A stretch of 64,000 nucleotides of DNA from IMG/VR virus record IMGVR_UViG_3300046787_000206, positions 1-64,000 of that record; one strand, 5' to 3'. Of the stretch, positions 14,955 through 24,838 are shown one piece after another; the first letter of the stretch is position 1; the number at the start of each line of letters is the position of its first letter. This DNA comes from a virus. Both the position numbers and the translations under genes were made by a program. The notes beneath the pieces are model-generated. The model made no database searches and was not told where the DNA came from. It saw only the letters and a program-made list of their open reading frames with translations.

Positions 14955-16675
14955 TGTCTTTTATGGACTTCTCCCCGCCGTCATACCGTGCGGCGTCATC
15001 TGACTTAACTATCTCCATCTCTCCACTAGGTCTTGTAGAGCTAGCTGATGAAGAGTTTGAGGTCCACGGTCCTCGTCTAAACCGCTACTCCCTAAACTGG
15101 GCCATGTATCTTGGCCACCACTGGGGATACCGCCGTGAGCAGGGCGAAATGCAAATCTCGGTTAACTACTACCGTGCATTCCTTGACTACATGGCTCGCT
15201 TTACTTTTGGTAATGGAGTCCACTTCCGTTCTCCTAAGGCCACTGAGGCTATCGTTCCTGCACGTCTAGAGCGTGTTTGGGAGATTGACAACGACAAGAA
15301 GAAGATTCTTCTTGAGATGGCACAGACTGGTGGAATCACTGGTGACGTATTCGTAAAGATTGCGTACGAAGAAGCATGGACTGACTCTATCGGCCGCTTC
15401 CACCCAGGCCGTGTTCGCATCCTTCCTTTGAACTCAGCATTTGCCTTCCCTGAGTTCCACCCACACGACCGTACTCGTCTTCTTAGATTCAAGCAGAAGT
15501 ACCGTTTCTGGGGAACCTCTCTTGAAGGTACCCGTCAGGTGTTTACTTACACCGAAATTCTTACCGATGACATCATCGAAGAGTACATCAACGACGAGCT
15601 GATTGACTCACGTCCAAACCCACTAGGCTTGATTCCTGTCGTTCACATCCCTAACATCCCTGTAGCGGGCTCTCCATGGGGATTGTCTGATGCACACGAT
15701 ATTATTTCTATTAACCGTGCATACAACGAAATCGCTACTGACGTTGCAGACATCATTAACTACCACGCTTCTCCTGTTACCGTTATTGTCGGTGCTAAGG
15801 CAGCGAACCTCGAGAAGGGCGCTAAGAAGGTCTGGGGAGGTCTACCTAAGGATTCACAGGTATTCAACCTAGAAGGCGGCTCAGCGGGCCTTGCAGGGGC
15901 TATGCAGTACCTGCAAATGCTTAAGATGTCGATGCACGAGCTCATGAACATCCCTGAGACTGCACTTGGCCAGGCCCAGCCTATTTCTAACACTTCTGGT
16001 GTTGCTCTTTCTATTCAGTTCCAGCCTCTAATGAACCGTTGGACTCAAAAGATTGCTCAGTACGGTGCGGGCCTAGAGAAGATTAACGAGCTTGTCTTGC
16101 TTAACCTTGCTGTTAAAGAGCCAGAGACTTTCGCATACGACCCTGAGAAGGACGGTCCACTGGATGAGGGCAACCTAACCCAGCTAGACCCTAACGACCC
16201 TCTGACATTCGTTACCTTTGCTCACTTCCCACAGCCACTTCCACTAGACAAGATTGTTCTTTTGAACGAGCTTCAGCAGAAGATGACTATGGGTCTTGAA
16301 TCTAAGGAAGGCGCTCTACGTGCTCTTGGTGAAGAGTTCCCAGAAGAGAAGCTCGCAGAGATTCGCCAGGAACTTATCGAAGATGCTGAGTCAGAAGGTT
16401 CGTTGAACCTAGTACGAGTGCAGATTCAAAAGCAGATTATGGACATGACTGGCTTTATGGCTGGTCCTGACGGAACTGCAACTCCTATCGACCCAATGAT
16501 GATGGGTGATGGAGACGTTCTAGGAGATGGTCAACTAGGTGCTGAAGGCACAGACCCTGACGCTGCGACAGTAGCTCAGGAAAACCTTCAGGCCGAGGAC
16601 TCAATCCGACAGACTTTGGTTGACGGCGCTTACGGGACTCAAACCCCGTCTAGGCGTGCAGTTGATAAAGAATAA
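14954..16675 (+). CDS. Portal protein
   Basis: 573 aa; NPLGLIPVVHIPN...WGLSD, SGVAL portal motifs; synteny. Confidence 0.92.
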   Translation: MSFMDFSPPSYRAASSDLTISISPLGLVELADEEFEVHGPRLNRYSLNWAMYLGHHWGYRREQGEMQISVNYYRAFLDYMARFTFGNGVHFRSPKATEAIVPARLERVWEIDNDKKKILLEMAQTGGITGDVFVKIAYEEAWTDSIGRFHPGRVRILPLNSAFAFPEFHPHDRTRLLRFKQKYRFWGTSLEGTRQVFTYTEILTDDIIEEYINDELIDSRPNPLGLIPVVHIPNIPVAGSPWGLSDAHDIISINRAYNEIATDVADIINYHASPVTVIVGAKAANLEKGAKKVWGGLPKDSQVFNLEGGSAGLAGAMQYLQMLKMSMHELMNIPETALGQAQPISNTSGVALSIQFQPLMNRWTQKIAQYGAGLEKINELVLLNLAVKEPETFAYDPEKDGPLDEGNLTQLDPNDPLTFVTFAHFPQPLPLDKIVLLNELQQKMTMGLESKEGALRALGEEFPEEKLAEIRQELIEDAESEGSLNLVRVQIQKQIMDMTGFMAGPDGTATPIDPMMMGDGDVLGDGQLGAEGTDPDAATVAQENLQAEDSIRQTLVDGAYGTQTPSRRAVDKE

Positions 16676-16799
16676 CTAACTATTAGTTAGTTTTAGCGAG
16701 ACAAGTAATCCGTTATACGGTGAACTTATTTCGTAACAAGTGATAGGTCATGTGGCACTAATTCGGAAAACGACCAAGAGAATGAAAAGAGAATAGGTT

Positions 16800-17588
16800 A
16801 TGCCTAACAAGGAAAACAACGAAGAGGTCACCCTAGAGGTAGCCGAAACCGCAGCCCCTTCGATGGACGCATTCAATGCAGCCGCTGAGGACGCAAGCAC
16901 CAATACTGGAAAGTACACTGCTGAGGACATTGCTAAGGCACGTCAGCAGGAGAAATCAAAGGTATACAAGACTGTAGAGAACCTACAGGAGGAGCTCGCA
17001 ATTCTTCGTCAGAAGGAAGCGGAGCGTGAAGCAAAGGAATCAGAACGCAAGGCAGCTCGTGTTGCCCGTGAAGCTGAAGCCGCCGCAGAGCGCAAGAAGC
17101 AGGAAGAAGCCGAACTTGAGGTTCGTGACCTTCTTTCTAAGAAAGAGCAGGAGTGGCAGTCCCAGCTTGAGGCCGAGCGTCTTGAGCGTGAAAAGGCTTT
17201 CGCCCTACTACAGCGTGAACGTGACTTCCAGGAGCTATCGGCTTATCGCCAGCAGCGACTAGAGGCAGTACGTAACGATATTGTTCCAGAACTTATTGAC
17301 CTGGTTTCTGGTAACGACAAGGACGAGATTGAGAAGAGCATCGAAGACCTCAAGACTCGTTCATCAAAAATCTTCGATTCTGTTGCGCAGGTTGCACAGC
17401 AGAGCCGTAAGGAAATGGTGGGAACCCGTGTAACGGTTCCTTCCTCTGGACCCCTCGACAACGATTCGGCCTCGAACCCATATTCTCCTAACGACATTGC
17501 AAACATGTCTATGGAGGATTATGCAAAGCAACGCTCAAAGCTTTTGGGCAACACTAACCGTGGTGGACAGGGATTGTTCGGTAACTAA
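16800..17588 (+). CDS. Capsid scaffolding protein
   Basis: Charged coiled coil directly before MCP; MSMEDYAKQR C-terminus. Confidence 0.8.
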   Translation: MPNKENNEEVTLEVAETAAPSMDAFNAAAEDASTNTGKYTAEDIAKARQQEKSKVYKTVENLQEELAILRQKEAEREAKESERKAARVAREAEAAAERKKQEEAELEVRDLLSKKEQEWQSQLEAERLEREKAFALLQRERDFQELSAYRQQRLEAVRNDIVPELIDLVSGNDKDEIEKSIEDLKTRSSKIFDSVAQVAQQSRKEMVGTRVTVPSSGPLDNDSASNPYSPNDIANMSMEDYAKQRSKLLGNTNRGGQGLFGN

Positions 17589-17624
17589 CCTACCTAACCT
17601 AACGCTCTTGAAAGGAGCAACCTA

Positions 17625-18749
17625 ATGGCGTCAGCTATTACAGGTTCGGGCCAGCTTGCTGGAGCCCCTACCGCATACTCAGGCAGCAACTCACAGCTGT
17701 CACAGGCAATTCAGACTATCTGGTCAAAGGAAATCCTATTCCAGGCAATGCCAATCCTTCGCTTCGAGCAGTTCGCTGTTAAGAAGACTGAACTTGGTGT
17801 AGCTCCTGGTCTACGTGTTAACTTCCTACGTTACAAGAACTTCGCAGTGGACGCTACTCCACTAACCGAAGGTGTACGTATGACCACCAACGCACTTACT
17901 GCTGAGCAGATTGCAATCACCGTTGCTGAGCACGGTTATGCTGTTGCTGTTTCGGAGCTTCTATTGAACGCTTCGTTCGACGACATCATGGCTTCAGCTT
18001 CACGCCTTCTAGGTCGCCACATGGCACAGTACCTAGACATCCAGGCACGTGACACTCTATCAGCTGCTACCTCAGCTACCTTCGGTTACAACCGTTCAGG
18101 TATCTCAGGCGGCGCTTTCACCAACTACGACGAGGGTGTTGTCGGTACCTCGATTGCTGACCTAGACGGTAACCACAAGCTTACCACTGGTGCAATCAAG
18201 GACTCAGCACTGGTTCTTGCTTCAAAGAACATCCCTCGCATTGGTGAGACCTACGTTCAGTTCATCCACCCTAAGCAGTCACGTGACCTTCGCTCGAACC
18301 CAGAGTTCATCGAAGTAACCAAGTACGCTGCTCCAGGTAACTTCATGCTAGGTGAAATCGGTCGTCTATACGACGTCGTCTTCATCGAGACCACTCAGGT
18401 CAAGAAGTTGGCTGCTAACGGCACCTACACCACCTCTTCTCTAGTTGGCGCTCCATCGTCACAGACCTCAGTTCCAGTGCTTCCAAACACTGGTCGTGGT
18501 CAGGGTGGAAACCCAGAGAACACCTCAGAAGCTACTGGTTACCTAACCTCGGCTACTGGCAACACTGCTGATGTCTACGAGTCAATCATGATTGGTGACA
18601 ACGCATTCGGACACGCTATCTCGCTTCCAGTTGAGCTTCGTGACGGTGGTGTTCTTGACTTTGGTCGTGAGCACGCACTTGCATGGTACTCAATCTGGGG
18701 TCTAGGTATCATCACCGACCAGGCTATCAACAAGGTTTACACCAACTAA
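17625..18749 (+). CDS. Major capsid protein
   Basis: 374 aa; IHPKQSRDL, GEIGRLYDVVFIET, DFGRE motifs; GAAAGGAG RBS; strongest codon bias. Confidence 0.93.
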   Translation: MASAITGSGQLAGAPTAYSGSNSQLSQAIQTIWSKEILFQAMPILRFEQFAVKKTELGVAPGLRVNFLRYKNFAVDATPLTEGVRMTTNALTAEQIAITVAEHGYAVAVSELLLNASFDDIMASASRLLGRHMAQYLDIQARDTLSAATSATFGYNRSGISGGAFTNYDEGVVGTSIADLDGNHKLTTGAIKDSALVLASKNIPRIGETYVQFIHPKQSRDLRSNPEFIEVTKYAAPGNFMLGEIGRLYDVVFIETTQVKKLAANGTYTTSSLVGAPSSQTSVPVLPNTGRGQGGNPENTSEATGYLTSATGNTADVYESIMIGDNAFGHAISLPVELRDGGVLDFGREHALAWYSIWGLGIITDQAINKVYTN

Positions 18750-18767
18750 TAGCCAAAACCTCGTGAA

Positions 18768-18793
18768 GGGGGCGGGGCTTCGGCCCCGTCCCC
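18768..18793 (+). terminator. GC hairpin after MCP
   Basis: GGGGCGGGGC-TTCG-GCCCCGTCCC; no U tract. Confidence 0.55.
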
Positions 18794-18831
18794 AACACAA
18801 ACAAACAACCTAATACAAGGAAGAAAATATC

Positions 18832-19212
18832 GTGGCAACTAAACCAACTAGTCCTCAGGACATGACAGGCCGTGCAGCAGAGCTTGCGGCAAAGCAGAAC
18901 GCAGAAGAGCTAGCAAAGCGCAAGGATGAGATTTCAATCTCACGTGCAGCTGAGAAAGAGCTCCTAGAGACAGCAGTCTTCGACCCTAAGAACCCAGAGA
19001 AGCCAATCTTGATTGACGAGATTGAAGAGCTGGGCGTATCGGTCAAAAACGACAAGGTAGTAATCCGTACTATTGCTGACATCGAAGATATGACTTACGG
19101 CGTCATCAATGGCACCCCACAGTCATACACTTTCAAGTCAGGTCAGAAGTACTCGGTTCCTCGTGACCTTGCAGCGTACCTAGAAAACCTAGGTTACATC
19201 TGGCGACAGTAA
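18832..19212 (+). CDS. Hypothetical head-associated protein
   Basis: 126 aa after MCP. Confidence 0.7.
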   Translation: MATKPTSPQDMTGRAAELAAKQNAEELAKRKDEISISRAAEKELLETAVFDPKNPEKPILIDEIEELGVSVKNDKVVIRTIADIEDMTYGVINGTPQSYTFKSGQKYSVPRDLAAYLENLGYIWRQ

Positions 19213-19225
19213 TCGCCCCATAAGC

Positions 19226-19273
19226 TGTCCGTCCTGCTGGCACCCGCCCTCCTCCCAGCAGGACGGACTTTTT
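19226..19273 (+). terminator. Intrinsic terminator with C-rich loop
   Basis: GTCCGTCCTGCTGG/CCAGCAGGACGGAC then TTTTT. Confidence 0.8.
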
Positions 19274-19336
19274 GCGTTTGGGCTGTATTTACACGCAGTA
19301 TAAGAGAACATAAATAAGTAAGATTACGGAGGATTT

Positions 19337-20395
19337 GTGGCTACACTAGCTAACCTTGTTGATAAGGTCCGACTTGAGCTCGGAGACCTTGGCAAGTCGT
19401 TCGTCGTTCAGTTCGTAGCTGATGGCAGCACAAACCGATTCAACATCCACTACTCTCCATTAGACGCTGCTGGCGTATTTGTTTGGAAAAACGGCATCGA
19501 TATCTCTACTACAGTTTCAGTAGAAGAGTCTACTGGAGTAGTTGTTTTTGACACCGTACCTGTAGAGGGCGACGAGATTACCGTAAGCGGTAACTACTTC
19601 CGTTACTTCACAGCAGCAGAGCTACAGAGCATCGTTCAGACAGCTTTTGACCAGCACGCTTCGGGTCACACTACTTCCCTGGGAGCGCAGCTAACCCTAG
19701 CTAACCTTCCAGTTATTGAAGACTACGCAGTCGTTATTCACGCAACAGTCCACGCACTATACACCCTAGCTACCGACGCCTCGTTTGACATCGACATCGC
19801 TGCTCCAGACGGAGTAAGCATTCCTCGTTCAGAACGTTACCGTCAGCTAATGGACATGGTTGCAGCCCGCCAAACCCAGTACAAGGAGCTTTGTGTACAG
19901 CTCGGTATTGGTATGTACAAGATTGACGTATTCAACCTACGTCGTATCTCTAAGGCTACTGGCCGCTACGTTCCTGAGTACAAGCCTCAAGAAGTAGACG
20001 ACCGCAGCTACCCACAGCGCACGCACAAGCCTGCACCTACTTATGGAGACAAGGAAAGTCCTTGGCCTACTGAAGCTGGCGACCTAATCGCTTACCAGGG
20101 ACGTTCTTGGACAACGTCGATTGATTTTGCAGGAGACTATACTGGCATGGCTTTCATTGCCAATCTCCTGACTCAGCGTGGCAGTGTACATGTTATCCAA
20201 AATATTAATTTAGTCGTTGACGACAATGGGGATGGAACGTACACTGCCACCCTATCTTTGACCAGAGACCAGACCTTGCGTTTGGCTGGTCGAGTTTACT
20301 GGTCTCTATCTACAGTAAATACTGAAACCGAAGAGAAGATTGAAATCTTAGGTGGAAGCTTCTTCACCCAGCGTGTTAGTGAGGCTATCCTCTAA
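19337..20395 (+). CDS. Probable head-to-tail adaptor
   Basis: LVDKVRLELGD, YFTAAELQS adaptor-like motifs; synteny. Confidence 0.6.
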   Translation: MATLANLVDKVRLELGDLGKSFVVQFVADGSTNRFNIHYSPLDAAGVFVWKNGIDISTTVSVEESTGVVVFDTVPVEGDEITVSGNYFRYFTAAELQSIVQTAFDQHASGHTTSLGAQLTLANLPVIEDYAVVIHATVHALYTLATDASFDIDIAAPDGVSIPRSERYRQLMDMVAARQTQYKELCVQLGIGMYKIDVFNLRRISKATGRYVPEYKPQEVDDRSYPQRTHKPAPTYGDKESPWPTEAGDLIAYQGRSWTTSIDFAGDYTGMAFIANLLTQRGSVHVIQNINLVVDDNGDGTYTATLSLTRDQTLRLAGRVYWSLSTVNTETEEKIEILGGSFFTQRVSEAIL

Positions 20396-20751
20396 TGCCT
20401 ATCAATCCAAATTCACCTATTCTTCCAGAGATGGACATTGCTCTGCTTTCTGGAACGGGACAGTTTGTCCCAAACAGCCCTGGATACCCAGAAGTAGATA
20501 TTACTCTCCTTCCTGGAGTTCCTGGGCAGCGCATGGACTACACGCTACTGCCTACATTGGTAGCGTTCACATACACCCAGTCAGCAGCAGCATCCACATG
20601 GAACATCACACATAACCTACACTTCAAACCTAACGTAACTGTTTTTGACAGTTCGGGCGGCATGGTTGAAGGAAACATCGTTCATCTAACAGATAACTCC
20701 CTAACAATCAGTTTCTCTGCGCAAATCAGTGGAACCGCCACCCTATCATGA
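20395..20751 (+). CDS. Virion structural protein
   Basis: WNITHNLHFKPNVTVFD motif typical of phage fibre/decoration domains. Confidence 0.6.
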   Translation: MPINPNSPILPEMDIALLSGTGQFVPNSPGYPEVDITLLPGVPGQRMDYTLLPTLVAFTYTQSAAASTWNITHNLHFKPNVTVFDSSGGMVEGNIVHLTDNSLTISFSAQISGTATLS

Positions 20752-21191
20752 CAGTCAAAAATGGATTGTGGAAAAAAACTGGGGTAAAAGTCTGCCCAGT
20801 CTGCTCTACAGAAAAATCTGTGGAAGAGTTCAAGTTGAACACTTCAGGAGTGCCTGGATGGTGCAAACCTTGTACTACGGAAAAAATGCGGGGCTATCAA
20901 GCAGCACGTCGTTCTGAGAATAAAGAGCGACTAGCTGACTGGAATCGTAAAACTAGATACAACTTAACACCAGAAGAATACACATACATGGTCATAGAGC
21001 AAGGCGGCAAGTGCGCCATCTGTAAGGACGTCTCAGATGGACTTTGCGTTGACCACGACCACAACACAGGTGAGGTTCGAGGACTTCTTTGCCGTAAATG
21101 CAATACGGGAATAGGAATGCTACAAGACAACCTGGAAAATCTTAAAAATGCAGTGGCTTACCTAGCCCAAACACAAGAAAGTAGAAACTGA
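20748..21191 (+). CDS. Endonuclease VII-family (HNH) nuclease
   Basis: QGGKCAIC, VDHDHNTGEVRGLLCRKCNTGIG; N-terminal CxxC pairs. Confidence 0.92.
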   Translation: MTVKNGLWKKTGVKVCPVCSTEKSVEEFKLNTSGVPGWCKPCTTEKMRGYQAARRSENKERLADWNRKTRYNLTPEEYTYMVIEQGGKCAICKDVSDGLCVDHDHNTGEVRGLLCRKCNTGIGMLQDNLENLKNAVAYLAQTQESRN

Positions 21192-22471
21192 TGTCACGTA
21201 GTTTCCTCACAAGCCTCAATCTAAACAAGAATGAGCTTCTAAATGCACGCATCCAAAACCTAGCCACTCCTCCTAGCAGCCCTGCAATTGGTCAGGTTTA
21301 CTACGACACCACTCTTGGCGCTCTTCGCCAGTTCAATGGAACTGTATGGAAGACCTACACCAAGGCTGGCGACATCGTCAATGACGATATCGCAGCAGGT
21401 GCCGCAATTGCTTTGTCAAAGCTTGCTACTGACCCACTAGCTCGTGCTAACCACACTGGGACTCAGCCAGCTTCTACTATCTCTGACTTTGACACTCAGG
21501 TCCGTACCAGTGCCCTAAACCAGATGACTGCACCTACTGCAGACGTCTCGTTGAACAGCCACAAGATTACTAACCTAGCAACTCCTACTACGGGCACTGA
21601 CGCTGCTAACAAGCAGTACGTTGATGACGCTGTAGCAGGGTTGACCTGGAAAGATGCAGTAAATCTTCTAGCGGGCAGCAACGTTGCCCTTTCTGGCTCT
21701 ACTGGAACTCTAGTTATTGATGGGCACTCAGCCCTAACTCAGGCTCATGGGGAAGGCTACCGCCTACTCTTGATTGGCCAAAACACTGTTTCTGAAAATG
21801 GTATCTACGTATACGCAGACAACGGCTCTACTTATACCCTGAGCCGTCCTGCTGACGCAGACACTCCTGCAGAGCTAGTCGGAACCTCTGTATTCGTTAT
21901 GGAAGGCGCTACATACGGCACCTCGTCATGGGTACAGTCAAACCACTACATCACCTCTTTTGCTAACCAGAGCTGGGTACAGTTCAACGGTGCTTCACAG
22001 ATTACCGCAGGTACTGGTCTAAGTAAGAACGGCAACACACTAGATGTAAACGGAACTGCTAACCGTATTACCGTTGGTGTCGACTCTGTAGACATTGCAT
22101 CTACTTACGTAGGTCAGACATCAATCACCACTCTCGGAACTATCACTGCTGGTACCTGGAATGGTACTGACGTTGCAGTTGCAGACGGTGGTACTGGAGC
22201 TTCTACCGCAGCTGGTGCAAAGGCTAACCTAGGCTTCACTACTAAGTTTGCAGGAAACAACCCTCTACTAACTCAGGTTAGCGGTTCGGTTTCTTGGGAA
22301 ATCACCCACACCTGCAACAGCGAAGACGTTGTAGTCCAGCTCCGTGAGCGTGCTACTGGTAACACTGTAGAGGTAGACGTGTCTATCGTTGACTCTGACA
22401 CAGTGGTTCTTGCTTGGGTATCTTCAGGAAACGTTCTTGCTGACACCTACCGTGTAGTTGTTGTAGGTTAA
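21191..22471 (+). CDS. Fibre/decoration structural protein
   Basis: KITNLATPTTGTDAANKQYVD, ENGIY, ADGGTGASTA fibre motifs. Confidence 0.7.
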   Translation: MSRSFLTSLNLNKNELLNARIQNLATPPSSPAIGQVYYDTTLGALRQFNGTVWKTYTKAGDIVNDDIAAGAAIALSKLATDPLARANHTGTQPASTISDFDTQVRTSALNQMTAPTADVSLNSHKITNLATPTTGTDAANKQYVDDAVAGLTWKDAVNLLAGSNVALSGSTGTLVIDGHSALTQAHGEGYRLLLIGQNTVSENGIYVYADNGSTYTLSRPADADTPAELVGTSVFVMEGATYGTSSWVQSNHYITSFANQSWVQFNGASQITAGTGLSKNGNTLDVNGTANRITVGVDSVDIASTYVGQTSITTLGTITAGTWNGTDVAVADGGTGASTAAGAKANLGFTTKFAGNNPLLTQVSGSVSWEITHTCNSEDVVVQLRERATGNTVEVDVSIVDSDTVVLAWVSSGNVLADTYRVVVVG

Positions 22472-22494
22472 TAACCTAACCCTAAGGATTAAGT

Positions 22495-22986
22495 TTGTCT
22501 AGGAAATTCCTCTCCCCAATCAACCTGACGCATGGCGCTACCCTGCCTGCGTCGGGAAACATTGGTGACCTGTTTTACAAGTCTGACGAACTTAAAATCT
22601 ATGTCTATGACGGCATCTCTTGGGTAATTGCCCAAGGAGCCTCTTCTGGCGGAGGAGGTGGCGTAACTGTTTCAGCTACGGTACCTGCCTCTCCAGCCGA
22701 AGGAGACTACTGGTTTGACTCAACTACCACCAAGAGCTACATCTTCTACGACAGCTACTGGATTGAAGTCGGTTACTCAAGCAGCGGCTTTATGGTCTCT
22801 GCTACGGCTCCGACATCACCTTCTGTAGGAGATACCTGGTTTAACAGTACTAGTGGACAGTTCTTTATCTATTATGACTCTTATTGGGTGGAGCTCGGTG
22901 CGGGTCCTCAGGGCCCTCAAGGTCCAGCAGGTCCAGCAGGTGCTGCTGGCGTCGTCACTAACTACATTCACCCGTTCTTTTTCTAG
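22495..22986 (+). CDS. Fibre-like protein with GDxWF..YDSYWxE repeats and short collagen repeat
   Basis: Repeated module; GPQGPQGPAGPAG. Confidence 0.7.
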   Translation: MSRKFLSPINLTHGATLPASGNIGDLFYKSDELKIYVYDGISWVIAQGASSGGGGGVTVSATVPASPAEGDYWFDSTTTKSYIFYDSYWIEVGYSSSGFMVSATAPTSPSVGDTWFNSTSGQFFIYYDSYWVELGAGPQGPQGPAGPAGAAGVVTNYIHPFFF

Positions 22987-22995
22987 GAGACAGAC

Positions 22996-23322
22996 ATGGC
23001 AACCACATACAAAGTTTTCGGTCAGGCTAACCCTTCGGCTACTACTGCGACGACTCTTTACACCGTCCCTGCCGCTACTCAGGCAATTGTCAATAACTTG
23101 ACTATCTGTAACCAGGGTGCCGCTGGCACTTTCCGTGTCGCTGTTCGTCCCGCTGGAGCCACTTTGGCTGCGCAGCACTACCTAGCGTACGACACCCCTA
23201 TTGCTGCTAATGACAGCATCACTCCTGGATTCACAATTTCTATGGGGGCTACTGACGTCCTTACTGTTTACGTATCTACTGCAAACATGAGCATCACCGC
23301 TTCTGGGGTAGAGCTGACCTAA
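22996..23322 (+). CDS. Small beta-rich structural protein
   Basis: TTLYTVPA...; similar to 24479..24838. Confidence 0.65.
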   Translation: MATTYKVFGQANPSATTATTLYTVPAATQAIVNNLTICNQGAAGTFRVAVRPAGATLAAQHYLAYDTPIAANDSITPGFTISMGATDVLTVYVSTANMSITASGVELT

Positions 23323-24167
23323 TGAAATACTCGTCGTCTATTCAGCGCTCCAGTATAAAGACCTTTGTCAGGTCGGTGAACTCACGGGGTGCTTTTGTGC
23401 CTGTTCCACCTGTAGTTACTGGTGGGACACTGACCTCAGACTCAACCTATTACTACCGCACTTTTACTGGTAACGGGAACCTAGTGGTCTCTAACTCCAA
23501 TTTAACGGCAGATGTACTCATTGTTGCTGGTGGTGGCGGAAGTGGTAACGGTAACGGAAGCGGTTACGAGGCTGGTGCTGGTGGTGCTGGTGGAGTTATC
23601 CAACTCACATCACAAAGCATCTCTACGGGAACATTTGCAATTGCTATCGGTGCTGGAGGTGGCGGCGCTGTACAGGGCACAAATACTACTGCGCTATCTT
23701 TGTCTGCCGTTGGTGGAGGTTATGGCGCTAGCGGAAACACCACAGGTGGTGCTGGTGGTTCTGGTGGTGGTGGCGCTCACCCTTCTACTGCTGGTGGTGC
23801 TGGAACAGCTGGACAAGGTTATGCGGGCGCAACTCCATCAAAGACATCATCAGGTGGTGGTGGTGGTGGAGCCGCAGAGCCAGGAAATACCGATGGCCCA
23901 GGCTCAGGTGGAGACGGAATTCTCTGGCTAGACGGCAACTATTATGGCGGCGGTGGTGCTGGAAACCAGGCTGCAGATGGAATTCAAGGAACACCTGGAC
24001 TGGGTGGTGGTGGCTCCTGCTCAACTAGCCTAAATGCTGCTGCAACAGCGGGAACGGCAAATACTGGTGGCGGTGGCGGTGGCCCACTAAACCAAAACGG
24101 TGGCGCTGTTGCTGGTGGTTCTGGAATTGTTATTGTTCGTTATCTAAAGACAGCGGTGGCAGCATAA
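23322..24167 (+). CDS. Glycine-rich domain protein (copy 1)
   Basis: LIVAGGGG...NTGGGGGG...GGSGIVIVRY. Confidence 0.8.
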   Translation: MKYSSSIQRSSIKTFVRSVNSRGAFVPVPPVVTGGTLTSDSTYYYRTFTGNGNLVVSNSNLTADVLIVAGGGGSGNGNGSGYEAGAGGAGGVIQLTSQSISTGTFAIAIGAGGGGAVQGTNTTALSLSAVGGGYGASGNTTGGAGGSGGGGAHPSTAGGAGTAGQGYAGATPSKTSSGGGGGGAAEPGNTDGPGSGGDGILWLDGNYYGGGGAGNQAADGIQGTPGLGGGGSCSTSLNAAATAGTANTGGGGGGPLNQNGGAVAGGSGIVIVRYLKTAVAA

Positions 24168-24475
24168 TGGCAGCGATTGATTTTCCTAACTCCCCAACAG
24201 TGGGTCAGGCACTCACCGTAGGTGGTAAAACTTGGGTATGGGACGGGGTCACCTGGAACGCCAAGACAACACTAACTCGTGCTGTGTCTGATACCGCACC
24301 TACTTCTCCTGTGACTGGTGACGAGTGGTTCAACTCTGCTACTGGTCGTTTGTACACTTACTACGACTCTTATTGGGTTGAAATTGGCGCTAGTGTTGCT
24401 GGTGCTACTGGTCCAGCAGGTGCAACCCCAACCGCTGGAAAAATCATTGCTATGTCGATTGTCTTTGGAGGATAA
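24167..24475 (+). CDS. IDFPNSPT-domain fibre protein
   Basis: MAAIDFPNSPT plus YDSYWVE module. Confidence 0.7.
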   Translation: MAAIDFPNSPTVGQALTVGGKTWVWDGVTWNAKTTLTRAVSDTAPTSPVTGDEWFNSATGRLYTYYDSYWVEIGASVAGATGPAGATPTAGKIIAMSIVFGG

Positions 24476-24478
24476 TAA

Positions 24479-24838
24479 ATGACTGCACCTAACATCGTAA
24501 ACGTAACAGCTATTACTGGAAAAACTTCAGTTCTTCTGCCTACTACAACTGCGACGGACATTGTGGCAAATGCCAGCTCGTCTTCTACTTTGGTAAAGAT
24601 TAACTCTCTTGTTGTCGCAAATGTTAACGGCACCTCAGCAGCTACTATCACAGCGTCTATTTATCGCTCGTCTACTGAGTACAAAGTCGCCCACGTAATT
24701 TCAGTACCTGCTGGTGCAACATTAATTGTTCTAGATAAGGCTTCTCAGATTTATCTAGAAGAAGGTGACTCTCTTCGTTTGACCGCATCAGCAAACTCGT
24801 ACCTAAGTGCGGTTTGCTCGTATGAAATAATCGCCTAA
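24479..24838 (+). CDS. Small beta-rich structural protein
   Basis: MTAPNIVNV...IYLEEGDSL. Confidence 0.7.
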   Translation: MTAPNIVNVTAITGKTSVLLPTTTATDIVANASSSSTLVKINSLVVANVNGTSAATITASIYRSSTEYKVAHVISVPAGATLIVLDKASQIYLEEGDSLRLTASANSYLSAVCSYEIIA

